Below, piece by piece: positions 1-12,699 of a stretch of DNA of 64,000 nucleotides (positions are counted from its first letter, which is position 1; each line of letters begins with the position of its first letter). Made by a program: the position numbers and the translations under genes. The DNA lies in assembly GCA_008632985.1 (NCBI GenBank), contig QPGO01000041.1:124001-188000 (forward strand). Direction: 5' to 3'. The notes beneath the pieces were generated by a model, which searched no databases, had not been told where the DNA came from, and saw only the letters and a program-made list of their open reading frames with translations. This DNA is from Psammoneis japonica (Eukaryota).

Positions 1-2150
1 CAGTGGAACGTTGACAGAAATTCAAACATGGGGTTGGGAATGAGCACTCAAAAATGATGCAAAGACCTGTTTGAATCAAGAGAGGACATGCGAGCAACAA
101 CAAAACCGAGAAAATCACATGCAAAGTGCGTTCATTTCGCAACTTGCCTTTCACAAAGCAACAGGAAAGGACGGAAGTTCCAAATGAGAGGAAGCCATTG
201 GGAAGGTGAAAAAGATGGAAGATGCAGTTCTCACAGGAGCAACGGAGGGAGGAAGTGCAACTTCCAGCAGCAAGTGAGGTTGAGAAAGGACATGACAAAG
301 AGTTGCTGATGAGCCAACAGAATTGGATTTGTCTGTGTGGTGTCACATGAAGTCACCATGAGTCCTGCGGTGGTGGCCTTGTTGCACTCACAAAGAAACA
401 AACATGGGGAATTAAACAGATTCCAGCACGCAGGTGGGGATTCAAGTTTGGCGGTGACTCCCACAGAGGGGTGTCTTGCGTTGGATCATGCACCAGTGGT
501 GGGCAAGAAATTGACAGCATCGATGCTCACAAAGGCAGTCAATGAGAGTGTTTGGCCACATCGCAAGTTCGCAATCTTTGATCAAGAACTCGCCGCAGGA
601 GGAGATTGCATGAAATTGGTTCTGCAGGAGTTGAGGAGCATGGCGTCTTCACCGGAGGCATTCTGGGAAGAATGCAAAGAGGTGTTCAGGACCAAACTCA
701 ACCAAAAGAGGAACAATGTGCAGGACAACACATTGGGAGGAGAATGACAGGCAAGCAGATGTGTGCGTGCCGCTGATTGTGTTGGAGGCGATTGTCTGAC
801 GGGATGAGTGTTGCTTCCTTTGCTTCCATCTGTGCAGTTGCTGCTTTAGAGGGATCGCTGGTGGGTTGCAAAGATTTGACAAAGGGAAGAAATGACAAGG
901 ACACATGCCCGTGGTTCTTGGAAACTGTGGTGCCGACGTTGGTGGGACAAGCGCAGTTTGGCAGAAGCACAACCAACATGCTTCAGGAGTGGCTTTCCAT
1001 TTTGTCGGAGGCATTTGCTCTGCCAGCGGCCGCACTTGAGCTGCTGCGACAAGGTGAAGGACATGGCAGAGAAATTGGAAAAGGAAGAAAATGTTGCAAG
1101 GAGAAGAAAGCTGACTGTGAAAGACGCTGCTCCTGCAAAGTGGACAGCACAGGCAGCAGGGGAATCGGCAAAGAGGAGCCAAGGATGGAGCAAGGAGGGG
1201 ATCAAGAAGCACAATGATCCATGTCAGTGGGTGGTGAAAGACAGAGAGAACAACCAGGGATTTGGTGCATGGTTCAAGGAGAGAAGGCGAGAGAAGACAA
1301 GCTTGTCCAAGGGGGAAAACAAGAAGTGCAAAAGAGAGGAAAAGAGAAAGGAGAGAGAGGAAGGATGGGCGGCGCCGATGGGAGAGGACCTGCCATTGCA
1401 GGCGGTGGCTGCAGGCAATGGAGCGGCAGCAAATGCTGCAATGGCCGCCAACCAAACTGGTGTGCAAAAGCAATTTGAAACAAACAACAAAATCTGGAAA
1501 AGCGAGAACACAAAAAAAAATGTTCTGCAGTGCGGCTTGGATGCAAGAACGTGCGGCAATTGGGAACTTTGATTTGAAAATGACATGGCAAAGAGACAAA
1601 ATGCAGGACAAGTTGGCAGACAAGGAGGGTGGATTGCAAGTGGCAACATTTGTGCTGAAAGAACGAGAAACCGCAAATGTCAATTGGGGCGCAGGTGTCA
1701 GCATTGTGTGAAAAGAATGACCGTGCTTAAAAGTGGGAAGCGATTTGGGTTTTGGAAGCTTGTGAACTTGCACAGTTCTCACATCACATTCAAGAGAGAC
1801 TTGGCTCACAAGCCAACAACAATCTGGCATCAAAGTCAACAAATGCCCAGATTGTGGCAGACGGTCAGACCCAGATTGTTGGCGTCCCAGATGAAGGGGT
1901 TTTCACAAAGACAGCAGTGCAAAGCAGGAGTTTCCAGTGCTGCCCCCCAGGTGCACAGCGCACCACTTGCCTGGCACTCTCTCATCCCAAACTGCGCCAA
2001 AGAGAGTTCAAGCCATCAGAGAGGCCAGTGTCAAACCCGCTTGCTGACGGAATGTCGGGGTCCATGTCATGTTGTGTCCATGTGTTGATGGGCAGACACT
2101 TGAGAGGCAGCCGGCCCGCCGCCAGCCACACCGGTGCCATGCACGACGCT
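1..2150 (+). mobile_element. Decayed transposon segment (Plavaka-associated accessory gene region), TpA-depleted; left end lies outside the window
   Basis: Only 3 TA dinucleotides counted by eye in 1-2150, then dense TA from 2156. Fragments (KLNQKRNNV, PWFLETVVP, SEAFAL, GWSKEGIKKHN...VVKDR) are homologous to the gene at 55863-57066. Confidence 0.7.
337..1420 (+). pseudogene. Mutated transposon accessory gene (SDEAFAL / GWSxEGI family) with probable intron 751-837
   Basis: Motifs spread over ORFs 337..747, 777..1217 and 892..1572, in the same order as in 55863-57066. Tyr is absent; frameshifts present. Confidence 0.65.
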
Positions 2151-3005
2151 TCAGGATAATTCTACAGTACAGTGCTGTACAGTGCAGCTTATACACGCAC
2201 TTCAACAGAAAACAACAGAAAATGCAAATTTCCCGCCCAAATTCAAAAGCCATCCTTGTCATACTCACTTGTTAAATAAGGCATACATCTATTCCTTTAT
2301 GAAGATACTTATGTTTGTTTTGTGGGATCGATAGTGCTTCCGTTGAGCACTAATTTTGTTATGACAATGAAGGGCATCATCTAAACGTTATGGGATAACA
2401 TATCTCTTTATACGGGATACCAGAACTTATGTATTCATCAATAATTTTTGTCGATCATTTTTGAACGGAAATAGTCGGAATTTTTCAGGCGCAAAATTTT
2501 GAAAAAACTGCTAACACGTCCCGCAGTGCTTTCAACGGCGTGGACGGGTACCGCGGCGCATCGTGTGTTGGTGTTTGTTTTACAACAGCATCAGGCCAGC
2601 CAGAAGCAACTACTATTACGGAACAACTCTTGCAGAGACTATCGTTGTATGCCTCTCAACTATTCGCTCTCGGTGGGATTACAAGCCAACAGAGCTGACG
2701 GAGGGCATTTCTATCATCTGTATCCTGTATCGCTCTGAGGAGAAACAAGAATTTGCGGAGCTCTTCATCTCGTCTGTGAATCATAGCAGAGGCCGGACTC
2801 ATTACTACCGTTATTGACTGTTATCTGGCTCCTGCCTCTACCCATATTCAGCGTGAATTCAGGGAGCTTGGATCTGCGTTGTTGCGTTAAGGAGCTCTTC
2901 AATCTGGAATCTCGATAAAAGTTCGAGTGAGTGAGACCGGTTCTTACACAGATTTTTCATTTTTTGTTCATATACTTCATGCTTGCTACGTACAAGACAA
3001 GCAAA

Positions 3006-3815
3006 ATGATGGCACAACTTCTCTTTGAGTCCGTTTGCAATTGCCTGGGAACACCGGGTCATCCCGGTAAGCCAGGGTCAAGGACATGGCCAGAAGGTAC
3101 ATCAGACTCCTCACAAGAAGACGAGATGGATGTTGCCTCCTCGGAAAGAAATAAACGATCAGCTCGATTGGAGCTGCGGCACGATGTGTGGAATGGAGTC
3201 TTTTCACAACCAAGAAAGGCCTCTTCCCGCAGGGTCCCACCACCAGAGAAATCAGCATCCCAAAGAACATCAAGAAAGTCATCTTCGAAATCACCGCCTC
3301 AACGGAATACCTCGAATGATTCGGAGCAAAAGCCACACATCAAGGTGGGACCGGACGGCAGGCTACTAACCGATAGCAAAGAGCGAGGTACTACATCGAG
3401 ACGAAGAAGATCGAAAAGCCGAGGCAAGAGTCCGGATACTATATTCCGGAAACGCACAAGTGCGGAGCAAGCCAAAAAACAAAGCTCTGCCCCACCCAGC
3501 ACCTTTTCACAACTGCTCTCGAACCACCAGGTGGCCAATGCACTTTGCTTTGCCACACCTGTACGAGATGACGATGAAGAAGACGTCAATTCGGTCGTGA
3601 CTGCAGCCTCGGATGACTGCTCTTCTGCGGCCAACACCTTGAATACTGCGGGCGAGGATGATACAATTATGTTTGAAGTCAAGTATGGTTCTCGCAATAA
3701 ACTGAAGCGCAGAGAGCCAATGATGCTTTACCCACAATACAAGGTCGTAGACGAAAAGGATGAATTGCGACGGATTGTTGCTAACGACTCGCATAAGAGC
3801 CTGTCGAAAGAGTAG
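3006..3815 (+). CDS. Hypothetical Ser/Arg-rich low-complexity protein
   Basis: Clean ORF 2931..3815 with plausible ATG at 3006 (MMAQLLFESVCNCLG). Normal dinucleotide composition; no recognised domain. Confidence 0.65.
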   Translation: MMAQLLFESVCNCLGTPGHPGKPGSRTWPEGTSDSSQEDEMDVASSERNKRSARLELRHDVWNGVFSQPRKASSRRVPPPEKSASQRTSRKSSSKSPPQRNTSNDSEQKPHIKVGPDGRLLTDSKERGTTSRRRRSKSRGKSPDTIFRKRTSAEQAKKQSSAPPSTFSQLLSNHQVANALCFATPVRDDDEEDVNSVVTAASDDCSSAANTLNTAGEDDTIMFEVKYGSRNKLKRREPMMLYPQYKVVDEKDELRRIVANDSHKSLSKE

Positions 3816-3989
3816 ATACAGATACCGACGGTGTCATTTAGAACAGAAATGTTGTGGGTTAGCAGAGACTATTGAAGTCGCGATCTGGTCTGCAGCGATA
3901 TTTATAACAAAGCTATAAAGAATGCTTAACTCTTCAATATTTTCTTCAGCATCTTTAGAACGTAGCACATCCTCAATATTCAGGAGCAG

Positions 3990-6482
3990 CTACACTGCCT
4001 GACCAAACCCAAAGATGCGCTCGAACTCTTCATAGGTCACACCTCCAGAGTCGCTGAGGTCGAGTGACGCAATTGTATCCACGAGATCTTTTTCTGGTAT
4101 GTCTGGATCGTACCGCAGAAGTATGCCTCGCAAGTTCTCAAGCGAGATACTTCCACTTTTATCTTCATCGGCGGCCTCAAATGCTTTCTTCAGGTCCTTG
4201 GGGTCTGAAGGGAATGGTCTCTTGGTCTTGAAGACAATGGCCTTGAGAACTTCTCGCCGAAGGCATAAATCCCTGATGGACTCGTTCACATTTTCGGATG
4301 ATTTGATGAAATCCAAAAAGTCTTTTCCTCGCATTACTTGCAACTTGCACTCGTCACTCATACAGACAGCGGAAGAGTTTCGTTTTCGTCCAGTGACCAA
4401 GGCATGCTCCCCACACATGTTTCCTGGCTCTCGCAAGGAAAAGACAGTGTAGTCTTCCACTTTAACATCCACATCGCCTTCCTCCAATATGTACAAATCC
4501 TTACCCTCCTCCCCGCATCTGTATAGATAAGTTCCTTTCTTTACGGACAACGGTTTGATGTTCTTTTGTAGACGGAGCATCTTCTTGGCCCTGCCGCGCC
4601 TGCGAGCCCTATGCTTTTCTCGAACCGTCATTTTACCCGTCACAGACGAGGCGAGGTACTTGTCAAAGTATTCGCGACTCACCTCGATCGCATGAACAGG
4701 AGTAACACATCTGACGGACGAAGAGCGGATCTTCTTGGGATTCAACAATGCACCTTCACCAAAGAAATCACCCTGCGTAATGGTGGAACGATCGCCAGCC
4801 TTGGTGAAAACCTCAAGCGTCCCAGAGTTGAGAAAGTACATGTGATTGCCAACATCGCCCTCTCCATATATGAGGTGGCCTTTTGGAAAGTATTTGTTTC
4901 TCATGTTTTCCGATAGCAAAGTTTCAAAGTGCGACAACGTCATGCCAGACCGTCGGCGGTAGCTTCGTCATCGCTGACGGGGTCCGTCGCAAGCTCTCGC
5001 AAATCTCTAGTAGATATGAAGCCCTTGTGCTGTGGATCCAAACTGTGGAAGGATCGTTCGATCAGTGAGTTTTCTTTTTAGCCTCATCCTGGGTGTCGTT
5101 ATCAGACCATGAGATGATGTTTTCGAATACCTTGGCCGCCAAAGGACTCTTGAAGACACGAAATTTGGCTAGTTTCTGGTCCGAGTCGGCAATCTTGTCA
5201 TGCTGGCAGTTTCACCTCGTACCCACGGATGTTGTAACATATCGTGGGCCGTCATTCTGTGTCTTGGGTTCCGTGTCATTAGCCTTTCAATCAAACTAAT
5301 GGCGGAATCTGATAAATGTGCTGTAACTGGTGAGCCACGCAGCGGAGGCCGCTCTCCTGCTTTAACTCGTCTCTCGATACTTCGTCGGGCTTGAGCATTC
5401 AAGTTCAGTATCACAATGAAACGGTGAGTCGAGAATCTCGGACGGAGAACAACTTGCACGAACTAAACACCTCGTTTACTCACAGTGTCTCCGGATAAAT
5501 CATATGGGTGAACACCTGTCAGCATAATATAGAGTATTACACCCAACGCATACATGTCCATCGAAGGGTCTGCTGTTTGGCTTTCCTTTGTTTCAAAACC
5601 TCTGGCGGACAATAGCGGGTGTATTGCCTGTTTTGGTTGGTTCGCTCAGTAAGTAGAGTCAGCTGCTCGCACCTGGGAGCTGCCAAAATCCACAATCTTG
5701 ATTGTGGCGTTGCTGCTACTCCCGGTGCTGAGCATCAAATTCTCTGGTTTTAAATCTTTGTGAACCACCCCGATTCCATGCATAAATGCCAATGCACTGG
5801 CAACCTCTCTTACTAAACGAGCTGCGTCAAACTCTGAATAAGCTCCCAGCTCGCACAAGTGGTCAAACATCTCTCCACCAGACACCAAGTCTAACGCTAA
5901 GAAGTAGTAATCGCCTTCATCAAAATTTTCACGCAAGCCACAGATATTCGGGTGCCCACCTGCTTGTCGAATGTGGTTGAGCGCATTCATCTCACGCTGA
6001 AAACCTTGATCATCAGTGAATTGCTTTGTAATTTTTTTAATCGCAACAGTTTCTCCAGTCTGCCTATCGATCGCAGAGTAGACTGCACCAAAGGCCCCTT
6101 CTCCCAGGGGATTCTTCCAATCAACCTTGTATCGGTTCTCCAGAGACGATTTCGTTCGAGTCCTTCTTAGCATACGGACTGTTTGGTGCCGTGCCAGTCG
6201 AGACACGGAACGATGATTGGTTGAGTTCTTTGTAGTACGTGCATCCCACATGGGAGGATCATCTGGACTACCGACGAATGATGCTGGTGACGAATGTGCT
6301 ACGACCGGCTTTGTGAGCAGGGGAATCTCGGTGGACTTTGTGAAAAGATTCGTTTCGCTCAATCTACTTCTTTCATCCGTCTCTGCATCTTCACGAGATA
6401 GTTCCAACAGCGCCAAAGCCGATGCCGCAGCAACAAAGCCTCTCCCATTCGCAACGGCGTTCCTTAGGTAGGACACGGTCAT
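3990..6482 (-). CDS. CAMK-type Ser/Thr kinase + EF-hand + 2 cNMP-binding domains + EF-hand pair; paralog 1, interrupted by an intron and several frameshifts
   Basis: GEGAFGAV, VAIK, HKDLKPEN and DFG in 5646..6671. GDFFGEGALL..RS and GEHALVTGRKRNSS (cNMP), DEDKSGSISLENL and DLSDSGGVTYEEF (EF-hands) in 3990..4943. Colinear with the 6840-9194 paralog. Confidence 0.8.
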
Positions 6483-6839
6483 ATCAAGCACAGCACAGAG
6501 ATGATGAGAACAGTGAGACGAGAAAGGACAAAGGACAAGCGCCAAAAACGAACCAGCGAGAAATCCACGTGAGAAAAATTGGGCGCCAGAATCATTGAAC
6601 GTATTTATCTCTGAATATATTTTAATGAATCTTCTTCCGATCGCTTTTTGGGAAGTTGGCGACGCAAACACAGAGCATTTTTGTGGAGCTCCACGTGAAA
6701 GAGCTCATTCTCTACGCTTGCCAAGTAAATACCGTTCCTACCGTACCTACCACAGCAGATAGATAGATGACAAGGAAACTACTTAATACAACTAGAGAGA
6801 GTATCAATTTTATAAGCACGGTAGCGTAGCGGCTGGTGA

Positions 6840-9194
6840 TCACATTGATGTTGCTTGATGATCCTGGAGACCAAAGATGCGCTTGAATGCTTCGAAGCTC
6901 ACAGCTCCGGTTTCATCCAGATCCAAGGACTTGATAATATCACGAATATCTTGCTCCTCAATCGTTGGGTCATACCTTAGCAAGATATCGCGAACATTCT
7001 TGAGAGATATCTTACCACAATTGTCTTCGTCAGCGGCCTCGAAGGCTTCCTGTAAGTCCTTTGGATCCTCAGGAAATGCCTTCTTGGTCTTGTACACAAT
7101 AGCCTTTAGAAACTCACGGCGGAGGCAGATCTCTCGAAGAGTTTCCTTCATGCTTTCAGAACTGTCCATTAGATCGTTAAAATCACGAGCTCGCATAACT
7201 TGTACTTGGCACGTGTCGCTCGCACACAGAGCCGAGGTGTTGCGATAACGCCCCGTAATGAGAGAGTGCTCACCACACATGTTTCCAGGTTCTCTCATGG
7301 TGAAAACAGTATGGCCACCAACTGTCACATCCACAACACCATTCTCCAAGATGTACATCTCCTTGCCTCTCTCTCCGACTTTGTAAAGGTACTCACCCTT
7401 TTCGACAGTCACCGACTTGAGGTGATTCTGTAGACGTAGAATGACCTTGGCTCGGTTTCGGCGTCGGGTCTTGTCCTTTTCTCGGAGTGCCATTTTGAGT
7501 CCTGCCTCCGAATTAGCCAAGTACTTTTCAAAGTATTCTCGACTGATCTGAAGGGCATGCACTGGGGTGACACACTTAATGGATGCTGATCGGATTTTTT
7601 GGGGATGCAACAGCGCTCCCTCGCCGAAAAAGTCACCCTGGGTACGTCTTGTCCGGGTACCGTCCTTTGTCGTAACCTCAATGGTCCCAGAGTTGATAAA
7701 GTACATGTGATGTCCTTCGTCGCCCTCTTCATACACCACGTGCCCTTTCGGGAAATACGTGTTCTTCATATTGTCTGACAGTAGATCCTGAAAGCTCGAA
7801 AGCGACATTCGTTCGGAAGAAGGCTCTACCAAATGCTTCCCACCCTTTGTGAGCCTGTGAAGATCGGTTGTGGTAATAAAGCCCTTGCCTTTTGCATCCA
7901 AGGCCTGGAAGGAACGTTCAATGAGACTTGTCCTCTTGGACACTTCTTCACGGTTCGCTCTATCTGACCACGAGACGATATTCGCAAACACCTTTGCCTC
8001 GAGGCGGCTCTTGTAAGCGTGGTATTTCGACAACCGCTGGTCAGACCCAGCAATCTTGTCTTGACTGGCAGTCTCTCCTTGAATCCACGGATGCTCCAAC
8101 ATTTGCAAGGCTGTCAATCGTTCGGACGGATCCCAAGCCATTAGTTTTTCAATCAGGTCGATAGCCGAATCGGACAAGTGGGATGTAATGGGAGACTTGC
8201 GAAGAGGAGGCGATTCGTGTGCAAGAACGCGCCTCGCAATTTCTTCATCCGAAGTTTGCCCATTCAAATCAAATGGATGCAAACCCGTAAGCATAATATA
8301 AAGGATGACTCCCAAGGCCCACATGTCTAGAGCAGGATCAATCAAATCGGATCTGTCTTTTCCCAGATACTCTGGAGGGCAATATGCGGGGGTCTGAGCA
8401 AGGGCCTGCGCTTCATTACCTTCGTCACTAGCCTCTTCACCTTGGGTTTGTGAACAGCCAAAGTCGACCAGCTTTATGACTGCATCACTAGCCTGCTGCG
8501 TACTTAGCATCAAGTTTTCCGGCTTGAGATCGCCGTGAACAATATCAATGCCATGCAAAAAGGCAAGGGCTTGAGCCACCTCTCGCACAAGACGGGCTGC
8601 GTCTGCTTCAGAGTACGCTCCCATTTTGACCAAGTGATCGAACATCTCTCCGCCCGAAACCAAGTCGAGCACCAAGTAGTAGTGGTCGCCATCATCAAAA
8701 TTTTCCCGAAGGCCACAAATGTTGGGATGACCTCCTACTGAACGAAGGTGATTGAGAGCACTCATTTCTCGCTGAAAACCCTGATCGTCCGTATACTTTT
8801 TTCCAATCTTCTTGAGAGCGACCTTTTCGCCCGTCGATCTGTCTCGAGCCGAGTAAACCGAACCAAAAGCCCCTTCACCTAACTTTTTCTTCCAATTCAC
8901 TCGGTACCGACTTTCGAGTTTGGTTCGCGTCGATGTGTCTTCCAACATGAGAACCGTTCTCTGTCTCGCTAGCTTGGATCTCTTTGCATTCCTGGTTTCT
9001 CTTGCATGTAGACCTGGCGTATCGTTCCGTGCTAGGAACCAAGAATCGCTTTTTCCATCCCAGTCGTCCTCGTCTTCCGCTCCTCCTTCACCGAGTACAC
9101 TGTCCATTTGAAAAATAAAAAGTGTCGTCAAGGAAGCTCCTGCACTGCTACGCAACAGGGCATTTCCCAAGCGACTAGAGGCAAACGCAGCCAT
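6840..9194 (-). CDS. CAMK-type Ser/Thr kinase + EF-hand + 2 cNMP-binding domains + EF-hand pair; paralog 2, intact and intronless (~784 aa)
   Basis: GEGAFGSV, VALK, HGDLKPEN, DFG, DMWALG; DAKGKGFITTTDL; GDFFGEGALL, GEHSLITGRYRNTS; DEDNCGKISLKNV, DLDETGAVSFEAF. Confidence 0.92.
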   Translation of the reverse strand: MAAFASSRLGNALLRSSAGASLTTLFIFQMDSVLGEGGAEDEDDWDGKSDSWFLARNDTPGLHARETRNAKRSKLARQRTVLMLEDTSTRTKLESRYRVNWKKKLGEGAFGSVYSARDRSTGEKVALKKIGKKYTDDQGFQREMSALNHLRSVGGHPNICGLRENFDDGDHYYLVLDLVSGGEMFDHLVKMGAYSEADAARLVREVAQALAFLHGIDIVHGDLKPENLMLSTQQASDAVIKLVDFGCSQTQGEEASDEGNEAQALAQTPAYCPPEYLGKDRSDLIDPALDMWALGVILYIMLTGLHPFDLNGQTSDEEIARRVLAHESPPLRKSPITSHLSDSAIDLIEKLMAWDPSERLTALQMLEHPWIQGETASQDKIAGSDQRLSKYHAYKSRLEAKVFANIVSWSDRANREEVSKRTSLIERSFQALDAKGKGFITTTDLHRLTKGGKHLVEPSSERMSLSSFQDLLSDNMKNTYFPKGHVVYEEGDEGHHMYFINSGTIEVTTKDGTRTRRTQGDFFGEGALLHPQKIRSASIKCVTPVHALQISREYFEKYLANSEAGLKMALREKDKTRRRNRAKVILRLQNHLKSVTVEKGEYLYKVGERGKEMYILENGVVDVTVGGHTVFTMREPGNMCGEHSLITGRYRNTSALCASDTCQVQVMRARDFNDLMDSSESMKETLREICLRREFLKAIVYKTKKAFPEDPKDLQEAFEAADEDNCGKISLKNVRDILLRYDPTIEEQDIRDIIKSLDLDETGAVSFEAFKRIFGLQDHQATSM

Positions 9195-9807
9195 GATGCT
9201 GCGACTACTTTGCTGATAACAACAGATCAAGTCGAAACGCCCCTGTCGTTATGAAGTGGGTGGTGTCAGTAACCACATCCTCATCGATCCTTCTCTCAGA
9301 TTGAAGCTGGTTCGCACCGCACGAAAGCGAAGGTGACGTGTTTTAGAAAATTTAATGCTACATACAGTCTCTTAGTATTCATATTTTTTTAGTCAAGCCA
9401 TTCCAAAAATCAAAAAACATATATCTTTGCAATTTGTCATATGTACACATATGTCTACATGAAATGTACTGTACTATCATGTTACATTGGTACAGACAAC
9501 TGGGGTAATATTGATAAAACGTATATTCGTTTAACATACGCTAATACTTTATGACAACAGGCATATATAAGGCATAAATATTTCTGTTCATACAAAGTCT
9601 ATTTGAATTCGATAATACATATTCATCCAGACATATCAGACAAGGATGTAATTAAAGATTAAGTACAGTACTGTACCGTTCATCTTTTTTGTCCGGGACG
9701 AACCGAACTCTTGGAAAACAAAACGTTCACTTTTCCAGTCTCCTTTTTGAATCTTTTTCTCGTCGCGCATCAATTCCTCATTATAAACGCCCCGAAAGAA
9801 CTTCGTC

Positions 9808-12568
9808 ATGACCATGAAGGGATCTTTTCGTGCAAGGCTAGCCATTGCTTCAGCAGTCGTAGTTACGTTGGCTCACGCAAGAGACTTGAAATATGGCTCT
9901 CGTCTCAAGGCTTTGAAGAAGGACAGAAGGTGCCGTCGATCCAGTTGCCAAATGGACGCATCTGACATCCTGGGCAATCTTGATGAAACAAAAACAATTT
10001 CTTTGGATCTTGATGAGGGAAACCCACTTTTCTTCCAACAGACATTGACTGAAGACAAAGACTCTTGGCACGGCGAAAATGGAATGGCGGCCATGGATCT
10101 TCTGGTGCGAGAGTCACCAACAGAAGGGCCGGGTGCCAATGACACTCTTGTTTTTGGCTCAATGTCAGATGAAGAAAAGGTGTATGACATTGCTCCTGAT
10201 GAGTATGGAGTCACTCAACTTACTGAAAAGCGCTGGGAGGATTATCCCCCAGAAGCGGATGGGATTCCTGTTCCGCCCGAGAGCGTGGCTCTAGATGGAC
10301 AGCGGCGTACGCTAGAGAACTTCCCAGTAAGACGAAAGCTCTCTCCTGTCGTTAAAAACAGACCGCGCTTCGTTGTTGATGAGGAAGGAAAACGTCGCAG
10401 TCTATACGATGACAGCGGAGGAAATATTGATGTGATGGTTGTGTGGACTCATGATGCTGGTGAGGAATGTGTAATCTATTTTGGTGCGTTCTGGTCGTCC
10501 AGATTTTCTAACCCACAAATTGTCTCATTGCATTATTACAGAGTGTGCACGTCACAAGTTGCCATCGACGTGTGTGACAACACCAAAGACGACGGCGAAC
10601 ATGATTGGTCTTGTCGAGTTAGCGATTAAGGAAACAAACGTAGCACTGAGATCTAGTCAGGTAAAGACACAGCTTCGTCTTGTTCATGCGTACAGAGAAG
10701 ATGACTACGATGAGGGAAATGTCAAAAATGGCCAGCATAAAGCGGCTCTTAGTGCTATTACAAATACAAATGATGGGAAAATGGATGATGTGCATACGAA
10801 ACGGCTCGAGTACGGGGCTGACGTAGTGGCACTTTTGATCGCTGGTAGAAAGGACTCATCGTATTGTGGAATCGCATGGCTCGGTCCGATCTATTCACGT
10901 AAGTGCAAAAATGAAGGTCGACATGTCGATGCCTGTTGCCGCACTCATTCAATTAGTGTCACGCTGTTGTCTATATTGTTCACTGGTGCGGCGGTGATAA
11001 TTTTCTCCCAGAGTAAGTTTGTGCGCGACGCCTGTGTTTCATTTGGGATTTGTGAGGCGTTCCGCTCAACTAACGTCATTATCCAAATTGTGACTTCCTT
11101 GAATGTCTTGAAGCATGTTTAGTGTTACGCGATGGAATTGCGCAACAGGCAACTACAGTTTTGGCCACGAAATAGCTCACAACATGGTGAGTGGTGAGCT
11201 CGCAATTATGTTTCGCATTGAGACATAAATAATGAAGAATCTCACATTCGCCTCTAACTCAATCGAATAGGGAGCTCATCACGACAAAGGCACAACAAAC
11301 AAATGTAACAACGAAAGCTACAATGCCGGCTACCGCGATCCGCGAGCTAAATTTCGAACTATGCTTGCATACAACTGCGTTGCTGGGCAGTGTGATAATA
11401 ACAAAGGTGGATCATGTCGACGTATTCAACGGTTCTCGACCCCCGATGTAAAAGTAAGTGGGCGACACGAGAGACGCGCGCACTCCAATGATTCGTTTAG
11501 TTCTGTCTTACATTGTTCCCTCTTCCTCAGTTCAACTCTGCCCCCTTAGGAGATGCCTATACGGACAATGTACGGCAGATCAACGAGCAAAGCGCAAAAG
11601 TTGCCGCGTTTGTGCCAGTTGTTGAATGTGACAGAGACCTTGACTGCGACGACAACAACAGTTGTACAGAGGATAGCTGTGATACTTCTCTAGGGAAATG
11701 CACACACGTGGACATCTGCACGGAAGGTATTAACCTTCTGCCGCCTCCACAGCGTCCAACAATCTCACCAACTCTCTGGCCTACGAAAGCACCCACGAGA
11801 TATCCGACAGAAGCCCCAACGAAACAGCCTGGTACGGTGGAGACATTCTTTACCACCGGAAAGGGAGGATCTGCTCAAAATGGTAAGACTGTCGTGCAAC
11901 GGGAATGTTTCTTTTTCTGTACAGTATGAAAATTGCCACTTCTCAACCGCCCCCTTCCCTCTCAATCAGGAAACATGTTCAACGTAAAGGTGAAAATGGA
12001 CACTGAGATACTTGGATTCGACATTCACACGGCTGAAGAGACACAAGTGCGGGTTTTGGTATACACCAGAAAAAACAAGTATGTGATGAAGAAGTCTGGA
12101 TGGAAAAAGGTTCAAGACGTTCGCGTTATGGGATTGGGAGCAGGAAAAATGACGCCGCTTCCATTGTTCAAAAATCCAGTGAAAATGTCCGCTGGTGCAA
12201 CACAATCCTTTTACGTGACGTTGGAAAGTCACCAAACCTTGACATATACCATTGGGAGAAAAGAAGGGCGAGTGTTTAAAACGGATGGTAATATGAGCGT
12301 GATGGAAGGCAGAGGTGTTGTTTACCCCTTCCAGGCCCGTGTTGTTTTTTCCCCAAGGGTATTTAACGGGAATATTCATCACAGGAGAAGCGATTCTTCA
12401 TCACCCACAGGTTGCAACGACAATGCAGACTGGAGATTCGTCACACGACGAGGCCACAAAAAAAATTGCGCGTGGGTATCGAAAAAACGAGACAAGCGAT
12501 GCCAAAAAGTTGGTAGTAACAATGATACAGGCTACGTTGGTTGCAAACGCACGTGTGGTGTTTGCTAA
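9808..12568 (+). CDS. Secreted reprolysin/M12B-like zinc metallopeptidase, multi-exon (paralog 1)
   Basis: Signal-like N-terminus, prodomain, IDVMVVWT, YGADVVALL, CGIAW. HEIAHNM|GAHHD reconstructed across the intron at about 11187-11270. FRTMLAY Met-turn, Pro/Thr linker, beta-rich domain and Cys-rich C-terminus. Confidence 0.85.
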
Positions 12569-12699
12569 TACAGCTACTCTGCAGGATAATACGGTATATC
12601 AGGGTTTTATCAATCCGCAATCATTGTCGACTGAATCTTCGTGTGACACAAGAAACGGGATTCTCGTTCGCCGAGTAGTCTAGTCAAACTACTTGATTT

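Noticed and set aside
1..2150. TA-poor blocks as contamination or horizontally acquired DNA with a different composition
   Set aside because: A local host-gene duplicate shows the same signature, so it arose in place.
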